Assembly (NCBI RefSeq): GCF_006345805.1
Contig: NC_043010.1
Location: 42,284,001 to 42,348,000, forward strand
DNA: 64,000 nucleotides
From: Octopus sinensis
Lineage: Eukaryota
Direction of reading: 5' to 3'
Shown: piece by piece, positions 51,735 through 64,000 of the stretch
Layout: each line of letters starts with the position of its first letter
How positions within the stretch are numbered: the stretch's first letter is position 1
Program-made: the position numbers and the translations under genes
The notes under the pieces: generated by a model
The model's input: the letters and a program-made list of their open reading frames with translations, nothing else
Databases searched by the model: none
Told to the model about the DNA's origin: nothing

Positions 51735-53676
51735 ATATAAGTGAACTAACCTAAATAGACAGGAAATTAAGAAAAATAATAACAGAATCTAGGATGCACC
51801 ACCCAAAAACTGGCATAAAAAGGCTATATATACAACGTATAGAAGGTGGTAGAGGCCTTATACAGCTGGAAAATTATTATAAAATAACCAGCATAGGACT
51901 GCAAAAATACCTATTTCAGAAGCAAGGAAAACTGATACAAATAGCCGCAAAACACGAGCAAAACTAAAAACTGTTCTCAGTATTTAAGGTAGCTGACAAA
52001 TACAAACAAGAAATCATACTACCTAACAGATGAGAAGAAGAAGAAGAAGAAGAAGAAGAAGAAGAAGAAGAAGAAGAAGAAGAAGAAGAAGAAGAAGAAG
52101 AAGAAGAAGAAGAAGAAGAAGAAGAAAAGCTATAAAACAATTGAAAACCAAACTAAAACTAGACCAGCAACGGACCATGATAAAACGATGGCTAGAAAAG
52201 CCCCTTCATGGCAAATACTAAATGCTATAGAAATAAACAGAAAAAATCCCAGCAATGGTTGAGAAGCTCAGGACTCAAAGCAGAGACGGAGGGATTTTTA
52301 ATTGCAGCACCAGAAATTTTTAATTGCACCACCCCACCAGAAATTACCAAAAACATATAATGAAAAGAAACATAACAAGTAACTGCAGAATATGTGGAGA
52401 TGGACAAGAAACAATAAATCATATTATCTCTGACTGCCCAGTCCTGGCTAAGAAAGAAATATACTTACAGACATGACAGAGCTGGTACCTACATACACTG
52501 GAAGCTATGCCAACACTATGGAATAACAACAGAAAAAAGATGGTATAGGCACACGCCAGAAAAGGTCACAGAAAATGAGAAAGCAACTATGTCTGAACGT
52601 GTCAAAGTGCTGTCATCTGCCTGTCGGCTCTACTCCTGCAACTCAACTTGATTTCGAGCCGGGTCGTCTGCTGCTGGAGAGGACCGATCAGGTAAAGGAC
52701 CTGGGTATCTTGGTGGATTCCTCCTTTTCGCCTTCGGCCCAGTGCGTCCATGCTGCCAACAAAGCGCGCGGAATTCTGTTTTTGATTCGACGGTCATTCG
52801 GAATGCTCACAGCAGCCATATTCCTGCCACTCTATGTCACGCTGGTGAGACCCATATTGGAGTATGGGATTCAAGCCTCTTCTCCTTATCTCCTCAAAGA
52901 CATACAGCACCTCGAAAGAGTCCAGAGGCTGGCTACCCGCATGGTTCATGGTCTCAAAAATTTGTCCTACGAAGAAGGCTGAGGACGCTCGACCTTTGTT
53001 CTCTTGAAAAACGCCGCCGCCGTGGTGATCTCATTCTCGCCCACAACATCATAAGCGGGAAGTGTAACCTCTCGAAAGAGCTGTTCTTCACTCCTGCTCC
53101 GGAGCGTCGGCTGCGGGGTCATTCCGAAAAGCTCTACCTGCGACGATTTCATCTCAATCGAAGGAGAGGAGCTTTCTCCGTCCGGGTTGCGGATCCGTGG
53201 AACAAGCTGCCAGACGAGATGGTGAAGATGCCGACGACCGCTTTGTTCAAAGCCTCCCTGGACCTCAAGTGGCCTGAACTCTTTACATGAACACCACCTT
53301 GTACTTAACTCCATGTCCCCCTACATGGCCTTGCTCTTTGCTTTTGAGCCAAATTAACTAACTAACTAACTAACTAACCATACTCTGGGATATGCCAATA
53401 CACACAGATAGAGAAATTAAGGCCAATAGGCCAGATATAGTTGTCAGAGATCATGTTCATATCCTACGCAAAATACTTTCTATGTAATCTCAAGTTTTAA
53501 AACAAACATAATTTCCTTTTTTTTTTAGACATTCACTAGTACAACACTAAATACAAAACCAAATATATGCCACACTAGGCATAACAACAACATGAACTTC
53601 CAACCTGTTGTCTCTTGAGGTCTCTGGGTGAGACTTGGAGCCAACTGATACAAATATAAAGCAAAAGTCAAACATA

Positions 53677-53680
<4 letters not shown>
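51735..53680 (+). mobile_element. R4/Dong-type LINE 3' portion (interrupted by CR1 and a (GAA)n tract)
   Basis: MHHPK..RLYIQRIEGGRGLIQLE, WLEKPLHGKY, WLRSSGLKAETEGFLIAA, CRICGDGQETINHIISDCPVLA, RHDRAGTYIHWKLC and ENEKAT|ILWDMPIHTDREIKANRPDIVVRD. 3' UTR runs into (TAA)n. Confidence 0.9.
52588..53378 (+). mobile_element. Young 5'-truncated CR1 LINE
   Basis: VKDLGILVD..LYVTLVRPILEYG..LERVQRLATRMV..LSYEE/RLRTLDL.SLEKRRRRGDLI..LRGHSEKL..FSVRVADPWNKLP. One frameshift near 52975, stop at 53288-53290 and an (ACTA)n tail. It splits the host sequence gcaac|catactc. Confidence 0.93.
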
Positions 53681-53747
<67 letters not shown>

Positions 53748-53749
<2 letters not shown>

Positions 53750-54410
53750 GCAAGATATGACAGGGTCGGCCAGTATTTACACATATGTCGGCATTATAAA
53801 ATCAAAACTGCTGACAAATGGTATAAACACCATCCTGAAGCTGTGACTGAGGGAGAAAATGTGTCGATTCTCTGGGACTTCCCCGTACATACCGACAAAA
53901 CTATAAAAGCAAATAAACCGGATATTATTATAAAAGATCAGACAAAATAGGTATGTTTATAAATTGACATGAGTATTCCTTGCGATCGCAATATAGCGGC
54001 GAAAGAATTTTCCAAGATCAGTAAATATAAAGACTTGCTAATAGAAATTGAAAAAATGTGACATCTCAAGGCGACTACAGTCCCAGTGACTGTATGATCT
54101 CTAGTAAGGATAAAAAAAAAAGGTACTGAAACCTATTTGAAAATGATACCAGACTTACCATCCCTACAGGAAGTGCTAAAAAATCTTGTTAACTGGAACG
54201 ACTCATCTTCTGAGAAGAGCATTATCGCTGTGAAAACAACATCAATTCATGAATTTAATTATTTATTTATTTATTTAATACATATTTTACCTGTGAATTT
54301 GCGTGTGTAATATGGGAATGCATACAATGAGCTTCTCTGCCCTGGGTGTACGAAAACACTCGGCAAAGAAATGGAAGAAAATTAGAAGAAGAAAAAAAAA
54401 ATTTTTTTTA
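53748..54410 (+). mobile_element. Second R4/Dong-type 3' fragment (RLE domain plus 3' UTR), different subfamily
   Basis: RYDRVGQYLH..WYKHHPEAVTEGENVSILWDFPVHTDKTIKANKPDIII..IDMSIPCDRNI..KISKYKDL..GTTHLLRRALSL*. (TAA)n on both sides. Confidence 0.88.
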
Positions 54411-54441
<31 letters not shown>

Positions 54442-55654
54442 TAATAATAATAATAATAATAATAATATAAATAGAATGCAACATAGATTACAAGAAGATT
54501 GGCAATAATATAAGAACATGAATAATAACCAGAATCATGATTACGATATTAGTAGGGGTTATGACGATGATACTGAGATTGGTGACAATAATGGTGATAT
54601 TAGTATTAATGATAACAGCTCCATTACTCGTAGCATGATTCTTTAATACTGCAATTTCACGTAACTGAAATTAAATTTCAGAGTGGAAATACGAATAATA
54701 GAAATGCACTCCAGAATTTATCTTGCCCTAATACATTATCTATGTAAATAAAAAAGCGGTAGTAACTTGACTATTCATTTTAATAGTCAGGATGGTCATA
54801 TTCACGTTAATAGCAATAGCAATAAGCATATGTATTGTTAATAATAGGATTGTCTATACAAACATTACTGAGGGTAATAATAATAACAAGACTGGCGATA
54901 TAAAAATTTAACATGACCTAATACATGCTTTTTGAACGTTTTCTACCTGAGATATAATATCGTTCATAGACGCACCGTGCATAATAGACACATAATTTAA
55001 CAAGAGTATATATTGAATCTTCATCAGACTTTAAAAAACGTTATTTAGTTCACTTTCTTCTGTCAAATGCAAAATGTCAATTGATCAGCAAATTTTATAT
55101 AGAATCCCAAGGACAATACCATTTCTTATAATGTTACTTGGACTACTATTGAAACTAGAAGGCCTTACCAAGGTAGTCGTTTTCTATGTGATCTCTATAA
55201 GAAAGGATTTATTGAAGTATAATGCGAGGGTAACAACCACCTTCTGAATCGACAATGAGATAAAATAGTCTTTTGTAAATATCGATTGCAGAAAGCGCTC
55301 GCATTTTACCATAGATCTATATGTTCTACACGTATCAGATAATAGTTTGCTTTCATTTCAATTGCATCTATTTTATGTAGTCTTAGTCTATCCTTGATAC
55401 TATTTGGTCTCTATATTTATTATGGATAAATATGTCCTTAGACATATTTATAGTGAAATAATTTACAAATATATAACTTTATACTTACAGCACTTCTTTA
55501 TATTATACTCGAATTCTTCCTTTTATTTTATTTTTAAGCGTAAATTTTCTGTACTTTATTTTGCTTTTAAACGTAAAACCCAATATGGTAATATCTATAG
55601 CTTTATGTATTGTCTAAACAATACTTTGAGTAGAGGATTACCTCCACCCTTCCT

Positions 55655-56068
55655 ATTTCTTTACTATCCACAAGGGGCTAAACACAGAGGGGACAAACAA
55701 GAACAGACACACGGATTAAGTCGATTACATTGACCCCAGTGCGTAACTGGTACTTATTTAATCGACCCCGAAAGGATGAAAGGCAAAGTCGACCTCGGCG
55801 GAATTTGAACTCAGAACATAACGGCAGACGAAATACCTATTTCTTTACTACCCACAAGGGGCTAAACACAGAGAGGACAAACAAGGACAGACAAACAGAT
55901 TAAGTCGATTATATCGACCCCAGTGCGTAACTGGTACTTAATTTATCGACCCCGAAAGGATGAAAGGCAAAGTCGACCTCGGCGGAATTTGAACTCAGAA
56001 CGTAACGGCAGACGAAATACCGCTAAGCATTTCGCCCGGCGTGCTAACGTTTCTGCCAGCTCGCCGCC
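55655..56068 (-). mobile_element. Dimeric SINE family A with 19-bp TSD
   Basis: Two body units. TSD gattacctccacc(c/t)ttcct at 55636-55654 and 56071-56089 (one mismatch). Confidence 0.92.
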
Positions 56069-56089
56069 TTGATTACCTCCACCTTTCCT

Positions 56090-56871
56090 GCGCACACGGG
56101 AAAATTATCGCGCTTGTAGGCTTCATCACTTCTGGTTGTTACACCTAGAGTACAAACGTGTCATGCACGCTCATCAGATTTTCGGTTTCACGCAGCAAGA
56201 TGACCGAACGCATCGAACAGAGACCATAAACGCATGTACCATCATCAGTGACGATGGTCTTCGTGAAGTTTGGGTCATACTTTGCACAGTCTATCATGTC
56301 CTGAACTACTTCTACGTGAGTTTGTTTCTGCTGCTCCGCCAGTGCCTTGGGGAAGAAATTCGCCGACATTCTCCGCATGCACAAATCCTCCGTTAAAATG
56401 GAATACATTGATACTGTTCTTATTTCTACTTCGTGTACAATTTCCCGTGTTGTTACTAGGCGGTTTTCCATGACAATTTGCTGAGATTCTCGATCGGCTC
56501 CTTGTTTCGGCTCCTGCTTCAGTGTGCCTTGCTCTCTACTGAGATGCGGCCATGTTTGATGCGTTTGTACTACTTCTTGATCTAAGACTGCATCTTCTGG
56601 ATGGTATGAATTTGGGTATCATCAGGATTTTGGCAAAACTTGGTGTAATATTTCTACTTGATGCGTTCGGTGAAAACGAAAATCGGAGTGCGCAGTACAC
56701 GTCTGTACTCTAGGCGTAACAGCCAGGAACTGACGCAGCCTACCAACGCGAAAGGTTTCATGTATGCGCAAGAAGGGTGGCGTCACTTCTCACCCAAAGG
56801 ATTTTTCCCACATGGTAAAATTCTTTAGTTTTTGACGAAAAAAATATCGGGTACATTTTGAACGCACCCCG
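56090..56871 (-). mobile_element. Mariner-like transposon 5' half (pseudogene)
   Basis: MENRLVTTREIVHEVEI..SILTEDLCMRRMSANFFPKAL..DPNFTKTIVTDDGTCVYG (WVPK.L and ITGDETW motifs degenerate). TIR-like cggggtgcgttcaaaatgtacccga next to TA at 56872. Confidence 0.85.
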
Positions 56872-56914
56872 TATATTTGTGAACATATGCGTTTATATAT
56901 GTTAATATATATAT

Positions 56915-57137
56915 ATTTCTTTATTGCCCACAAGGGGCTAAACATAGAGGGGACAAACAAGGACAGACAAAGGGATTAAGTCGATTACATCGACTCCAGT
57001 GCGAAACTGGTATTTATTTATCAACCCCGAAAGGATGAAAGGCAAAGTCGACCTCGGCGGAATTTGAACTCAGAACGTAATGACAGACGAAATACCGCTA
57101 AGCATTTCGCCTGGCGCGCTAACGTGTCTGCCAGCTA
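56915..57137 (-). mobile_element. SINE family A monomer
   Basis: Reverse-complement copy nearly identical to 12809-13039. Confidence 0.9.
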
Positions 57138-59324
57138 CACATATATGTATCAGCGTATGTACGTATATGTATGTATGCGCGCGCCTCTGTGTATTAGAAG
57201 TAGATTTCGAAAAATGAATATCACAAGTAATCGATAGGCCTAAAAATAGAAAATGTCAAAATATAATAGGAATACAATTGGAATGCTTAAATCATTTATT
57301 GCATCTTTAGCCTTTTAATCTCTGCTCATGTAATATACTGAGATATATTTCAAATTACATCGCTAAATATCTGCAACTCTGCACTGGATAATTAAAAAAT
57401 ATTAATTGAATGTTTGTGATTTCTACTTTATTTAATTGTTTGTTTGTTTTTTAATGTGCTATAGTTATTTTATACGTTGTTTTATTATTATAACGTGATA
57501 ATTGCTTTATAGCAGGGTTTTCAAAGACCCGAATCAGTTATGCAAATTTCATTCTTGACTGAATGAACACATTTTCACAAGAGACCTGGAAACTGTTGTG
57601 TTTGTATTGTTTTGGAATGTGCTAAATTAAAATATCGAATCAATATATTGTTACTTAAGTGCAGAAGGTGAAGTAAGTAAATATTTTAATGCTTGGCGGT
57701 ATATGCAGCGTAAACCAGTTTAGAATTAAAATTATACGGTGTTACGGTTGACATAACAACAAGAGGTCGTTTTTTTTTTTCTAATTTAGCCCCTAGCTCT
57801 ACCTTGACTGAGTATATCTACGATCAAAGACTTCCCAGGTTTTATCTAGAACTACATTTTTAAAACTGCAGTGTATGATTAAAACTATAGCACATGATTT
57901 GAAGGCTGTTAGATGTGGCAGGTCCACCGAACCCTTAATATCTTTATTCGTAGGTTTCTGAAGAAAAGTTATTGTTTAGCCCTTCAGGTCAGACGTGGTG
58001 AGGAAAGGCATTTCAACAATGATTACCCCATTCAAAAAAACATCACCCAATACATCCTTCTCTAGATTGAGACTTGATCGGGATCTTAATTGCTGTTTCT
58101 AGCTAATCGAACGACTATGTTGAGGTTCAATGCGTTGGTTCGTGAAGATATCGGCCTCCGTAGGAGTAATATGAGTGGAATTAAACCATGACCAAATAAT
58201 TTGAGGAAAATTTGAAATATAATTCCGTGTTTTCATTCCATACTGAGGTGAAAACTTGTTATAATGTGAAATTTGATAGGTTTCTCTAAGAATACTAAAA
58301 GTGAAATTCAACAAGGTTTCTTTCGCGAAAGTTCTTAAATTTTCTTGAAATCTACAGCATTTGTTAATATCCACGAGAGGAATAATTTCTGAAAGTTTTG
58401 CCCCAGTCAGATCTTATGGACATTTAAAGTTTTAGTAAATTTCCGAAATCTTTGAAACATTGAATTTCCTTTATATTTTTGTGGGCCCATCATTCCAAAT
58501 AGCTTTGATACCATTCTTTGGAAAGTATGTTTCTTTTATCCCCACTATCTCAAGTTCCCCAGACATTAATGATCAATTCTTTTAACTCAGCCGTGGAAAG
58601 AAAATTACAAAAATCTACGTCTTTGAGGCTATTTTTAATAAGAAAAATTAAATTTAGGCAACTATTACTTAATAACGAGAGTTGATGAGCACTCCATCTT
58701 CTCTAATCTTACAGTAAGGTCTAAAATCTAAACAGAACACATAAATCCACTTACTGAAAAGCCTGTTTTCTTGTGCGACGAAAGAAGGTAAAAAACAAGA
58801 CAAAGTGAAAAATTTGTTTTGTTCTTGATTTTTGATTTTTGAATCAGAATAACGTTTTATCACTAGATTGAAACTATATAAAACTATATATATTCTAAAT
58901 AGACCTAATATTGAGTATAGAAATGTAAAATTACAGCATTTAAAAACACAGTAAATATCAATTCTCAACCCCTGAGAGTGACTCAAAATGGAAATTCCCA
59001 TTTTGGGGGGATAGTTCTGAGCCGCAAAAATAAATGCGCGACAATTAGAAAAACTCACAAACCTGAACATTTTCGACACTAAACACCAACAACATTTCGA
59101 CCCCCTGAAACTCTTAGAAATACAGGGTGTCGAAATGAAAAATACAGTCTAAGAAAACTTTTATGGTTTTCCCATCAAATTTTGATATGGGATTCTTCGT
59201 CTATTGACCTAAGGGGAAAAAACTCAGTCGGATATTGCAGTGTATTTATGTTTGAATAAACCGGTTCACATCTCAAACTTGATATAATTCATATGTGTGT
59301 GCGCGTGTGTGTTGTAATATTATC

Positions 59325-59712
59325 TGGCTGAAACGTTAGCACGCCGGACGAAATGCGTAGCCGTATTTCGTCTGCCGTTACGTTATGAGTTCAAATCCCG
59401 CAGAGGTCAACTTTGCCTTTCATCCTTTCGGGGTCGATAAATTAAGTACCAGTTACGTACTGGGGTCGATGTAATCGACTTAATCCGTTTGTCTGTCCTT
59501 GTTTGTCCCCTCTGTGTTTAGCCCCTTGTGGGTAGTAAAGAAATAGGTATTTCGTCTGTCTTTATGTTCTGAGTTCAAATTCTGCCGAGGTCGACTTTGC
59601 CTATCATCCTTTCTGAGTCGTTAAATTTAGTACCAGTTGCGTACTGGGATCGATCTAATCGACTAGACCCCGTCCAAAAATTTCGGGCTTTGTACCTAGA
59701 GTAGAAAAGAAT
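59325..59712 (+). mobile_element. Dimeric SINE family A with an alternative tail on the second unit
   Basis: Same junction gtaaagaaataggtatttcgtc. The second unit ends gactagaccccgtccaaaaatttcgggctttgtacctagagtagaaaag. Confidence 0.85.
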
Positions 59713-59980
59713 ATTATCTGTATCTCTTGTATTGACTAGACAATCGGATGTAGTTTTACACTGCTGATCACAATGCGCGTCCAAATCTTTATTGATTGCG
59801 CCCTTCTTTTCCATCTTGGCCTAGATCGTTTAACAAAATCCTCTTACAATGTTGTTAGAAAACAATAAATCCCAAGTGGCCGTGCTCTGTATATAACATT
59901 GAGTTCTCTCTCATTGAAGATGATATTGATTACCTAATTGAAATCTATCTTTCAATCTGCCTGCATATTATTCCTCTCTG

Positions 59981-60428
59981 TGTATGTATGTATGTATGTA
60001 TGTATGTATGTATGTATGTATGTATGTATGTATGTATGTATGTATGTATGTATGTATGTATGTATGTATGTATGTATGTATGTATGTATGTATGTATGTA
60101 TGTATGTATTAGTGTATGTATGTATGTATGAATGTATGTATGTATGAATGAATCTATGTATGTATGTATGTATGTATGTATTTATGTATGTATGTATGTA
60201 TGCATGTATGTATTTATGTATGTATGTATGTATGTATGTATGCATGTATGTATGCATGTATGTATGTATGTATTTATGTATGTATGTATGTATGTATGTA
60301 TGTATGCATGTATGTATGTATTATGTATGTATGTATGTATGTATGTATGTATGCATGTATGCATGTATGCATGTATGAATGTATGTATCTATATATGTAT
60401 GTATGTATTTATGGATGCATGTATGTAT
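59981..60428. repeat. ~450-bp (TATG)n microsatellite
   Basis: Directly visible. It accounts for the MYVC/HTYI ORFs. Confidence 0.95.
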
Positions 60429-60912
60429 TAATATGTGTGCCTGTGTGTACAATTTTCGTCAGCCAAATTTCATTCAGTGGGTGCATTTCGGCCAAAGTGC
60501 GGCTCAGCGATGATGCCTTCTTAACCTCAAAGCCATGTATGCAGTCATTTATTGCTGAAGTTTCTTATCATAGCCTGAATTTTTATGATAAGAAACGTCA
60601 GTTATAAATGGTTACTTTCATGAATTGTTTAGAATATAGTGTTCGGGATTCCGCAACATATTGGGGAAAGCATTCTGCAATTTATTTCTTCTGTTGTCAT
60701 AGTATAGAGTATCCTGACTGATTACTTTCAGCTTTTGAGGATAGAAACAACGCAGAATTCATCAATAAGTGAATCTTCTTGGAACAGCTAACTAAATGCA
60801 TGTTCTTATCGTTGCTATTTGGTTTAATGCCATATGACAGTTTATTTTACCATTGATCAGGAACTATATTTAGCTACTAATAACTGAGAGAGAGATAGAA
60901 GGAGACACAGAC

Positions 60913-60954
<42 letters not shown>

Positions 60955-61056
60955 TAAGACAGACTTTACAAAAATTGTAGTAGTATCAATAAAATCCCAT
61001 GACTTTACCGTATAATTGGGTACAGGATATCATGCTTAACGCAATAAGCACAAAAT

Positions 61057-61089
61057 ATAATAATAATGATATTAATAATAATAATAATG

Positions 61090-61138
<49 letters not shown>

Positions 61139-61148
61139 CAACAATAAC

Positions 61149-61200
<52 letters not shown>

Positions 61201-61214
61201 GTAATAATAATAAT
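61057..61214. repeat. (AAT)n microsatellite
   Basis: Directly visible. Confidence 0.95.
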
Positions 61215-61556
61215 CGATTAAAATTACACTCGTCATAAAAAAAGAAAAATTATTAGTATTTCTAGAGGTCATACTTCTTCCTGAACTGGTAGATTTTGTT
61301 TCTTATTATGAAACATCTGTTACTTATTTCTGATGAAGAAGATAACAGATCATGCAAAAGTGATCTGCATTCCATATATACTCAACTGATTTTTCTATTT
61401 AAAGTCCATCGAGTTGGATTTTGTTTCTCAGGTCTCCAAAGTACGCGTAGTTTTGTAATGATTGGTATGTCCTTTACTAGCAAAGTATGTACTATTGATC
61501 AATCGGTGAGACTGGGTTCAAGCAAACACGCCTTATATTTATATTTTATTTAATTA

Positions 61557-61944
61557 CTAGCAGTATCGCCCGGCGTTGCTCGGGTTTGTTTCGACCCGCT
61601 GGAATTGGAATTTTTGAAAAGTAAAAATTTTGCATTATGTAGCTTGTTATTCTCTTCAAGTGAACATTTTTCTGGTTGAAATGCACCGAAAAGTGGCGAC
61701 ACAGCAGTGAAAAGATCGTAAAAAAAGGGGATTTTCATAGAAAAAAGCACTTTTTTGATGTAAATAATTTTTGGTGTTAACATGGTCCGATTTGAATTTT
61801 ATCTTCTACGGAAGGAAGAGCAACCCTTCTATCATACTCTCAATTTTGGTCAACTTGCGCCGCAGGGTCTCGGAGGAGATAGTGTTAGTTGAAGGCTACC
61901 AAACCTGGCGCACACAGACAACTTCAGCTTTATATAGAGAGAGA
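61557..61944 (-). mobile_element. Non-autonomous Helitron
   Basis: 3' end ctagcagtatcgcccggcgttgctcgggtttgt is the exact reverse complement of 16600-16632. 5' TC(tctctctatataaagctgaagttg). Confidence 0.88.
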
Positions 61945-62173
61945 TAACACACACACATTAATACACATACATGCACACACACACATGTATGTATGGATGT
62001 ATGTATGTATATATGTACATCTGTCCACTTCTTGCCATATTTTTATCCTTCACTTCCTACACACACACACTCACACACACACGCACACGCACACACACAT
62101 ACACACCTTAGCTTACAATTTTCTTTCAACAATTGACACTGTCATATATGTATATGTTTGCGTGTCTATGTGT

Positions 62174-62795
62174 GTAAAGAGAAAGTGGGAGTAAGTGTGG
62201 TAATAGGCGGAGTAAAACCTTTGAAGTGAGAGAGGGAAATCGTAAAATATTGAGTTTTCTCGAATTTTTGCTTAATTGGGGGTGAAATTGAAATAAATTT
62301 ATATGCCATGACCGAATGGAATGTACTTGGAAAAATCATAGGTAAACTCCAATTGAAGAAATTGTGTGAGGAGTAACTCGTTATGTATTTATTTGTTTCT
62401 GTTTGCTCTGTATTTTTTTTTTTGAGTAGTGGTTTAAGGTACACTTGTAAAGAGAAAGTAGAAGAAATTATGGTAATAGCATGAGTGAAGCAGTTGAAAT
62501 TAGAGAGGCAAATCGTAAAATATTTACTGTTCTCGAAATTTTGCTTAATTGGGGGTGAAATTGAAAAAACTTTATATGCCATGACCCAATCGAATCTACT
62601 TGTAAATATCGTAGTTAAATTCCAATTGAAGAAATTCTATATTGTAGAATTGTATTAAAAAGGAACATGGGAACAGGCAGAGAAAATTTGCCTTTTAAGA
62701 GATTTATTATTCATTTATTTAGTTATTCATTTAATTATCTATTTGCCTTTTAAGAGATTTATTATTCATTTATTTAGTTATTCATTTAATTATCT
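62174..62795. repeat. Diverged 273-bp-period duplication (62174-62637) and exact 55-bp tandem duplication (62686-62795)
   Basis: gtaaagagaaagt..ttttgcttaattgggggtgaaattgaaa..ccaattgaagaaatt occurs twice. atttgccttttaagagatttattattcatttatttagttattcatttaattatct occurs twice in tandem. Confidence 0.85.
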
Positions 62796-62879
62796 ATTTC
62801 TTTATTTATTTATTTTGCACGTTTAAAATTCTTTGTCATTAATTTTCCCCTCTATTCAATACCGTACTGATGTAGAGGT

Positions 62880-63660
62880 CGGTTAGCTTGTTGCTTCAAG
62901 GGTTAATAAAACCTTACTTTGATTTACTGGCAACACTAGTCGTTTCCATTGACACATTGTCACCACTTCAAAGAGATACATGCGCCAGATGTTTGCAGTC
63001 TCCAGGGTATTACTGTCAAGGAAAGTATCGGTAACAATGGCGACCCAGCTTAACGAGTAACTCGAAGCGTAAAGAAGACATGTCATCTCGCCTGGACATT
63101 TGTCATTGTCAAGTCCAGTGGGCTTTACAGATATTCTTGCACAAGCCGCGGGTCCTTTGATTATATAAATCATTTCATCTGACAGCGTCATCTCTGAAGG
63201 CACCAGCGACCATTCTAGGACACAAAGAGGTCATCATCATTGTTCGATCGTGGTCGAGACAATGGAACTTACTGTGCTACGCCAGACTTCACGGGCCATC
63301 ATAGCATTACGGAGGTCCTGTTGCTGGATGCCTGTATCCCTGTAGATTACATCAGGGTAGGAGAGTGTGCGCCCTCTGGTATCACGAGCAGATGGCTTCC
63401 AGAGGAGAAGAGTAGAAATTACCTCGTTTTCAGCTCTACAACAATGTCCAGCAAACTGGACTCTTCTACCTTTTCACAAGGGATGATACAGGTGGTAACT
63501 TCCCGTATATTTGTACTTTGGTTGGATGACGCTTCCACGAGGTAACTGCATGATGTACCGGTCCACAGCACGCATGCAGCAGCCAACTCTGAAAGGTTTT
63601 GCTGATTTGTTTCTTGGCAAGCCCGCACTCCGCATATCTCTCAATGACCTTGAGTCTTTT
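62880..63660 (-). mobile_element. CRE-like RLE non-LTR retrotransposon 3' relic
   Basis: YIIKG..ISVKPTGLDNDKCPGEMTCLLYASSYSLSWVAIVTDTFLDSN resembles the RLE motif EP.GLDRGDGKRPDG.T..P...G..L.WDAT..DTF. Confidence 0.5.
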
Positions 63661-64000
63661 CAAAAGGAATTAGTTATATGAAAACGGGAGTGGCCTAATT
63701 GATAAATAAACTAAAACACTTCACTCTGATTTACTTAATATCAAGAGGGAAGTTTATCTCGCTCCCAAATACTCTCACATGATCAAATCAACAACTTGTA
63801 CGCTGAATTAGGCATGTATGTGGTTGAGTATTCCATAAACACGTGTACTCTTAACGAAATTCTCAAACTCAGCATGATATACTGTGTGACAAAACTGGAT
63901 CTTTGATTTACAAATACAATCCTTCGGACAGGCTTATAAGCTAATTAGCAACTGACTGACAAGGTTTGGGTTGACCTGATACTGTAGTAAAATACTGTTG

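Noticed and set aside
52030-52221. Poly-Arg ORF
   Set aside because: A (GAA)n expansion inside the dead R4-like element.
59938-60607. Numerous ORFs of MYVC/HTYI/IYIY type here and across the window
   Set aside because: These are stop-free microsatellite translations, not genes.

Overview
AT-rich, repeat-dense eukaryotic DNA. The microsatellite and tRNA-SINE profile most resembles an Octopus (coleoid cephalopod) genome; this is an inference. I recognise no intact host protein-coding gene, rRNA, tRNA gene or CRISPR array. Most ORFs in the track are microsatellite read-throughs or transposon relics. The window holds about four tRNA-derived SINE families (some dimeric, with TSDs), RTE, CR1/Jockey, R4/Dong-type, CRE-like and Penelope-like retroelement fragments, Tigger/pogo, Tc1 and mariner relics, Helitrons and MITEs. 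The most notable signals are a textbook recursive-splice-site motif at 49371-49409 and a candidate first coding exon at 10776-10847, together suggesting a very long + strand intron. Also notable: a 531-bp near-perfect palindrome, a U2-snRNA-like sense/antisense segment inside a Tigger element, a hammerhead-like motif, and a young GC-rich CR1 nested in a (TAA)n-associated R4/Dong-like stack. Boundaries of degraded elements are approximate, and all family calls come from motifs read by eye, not database searches.
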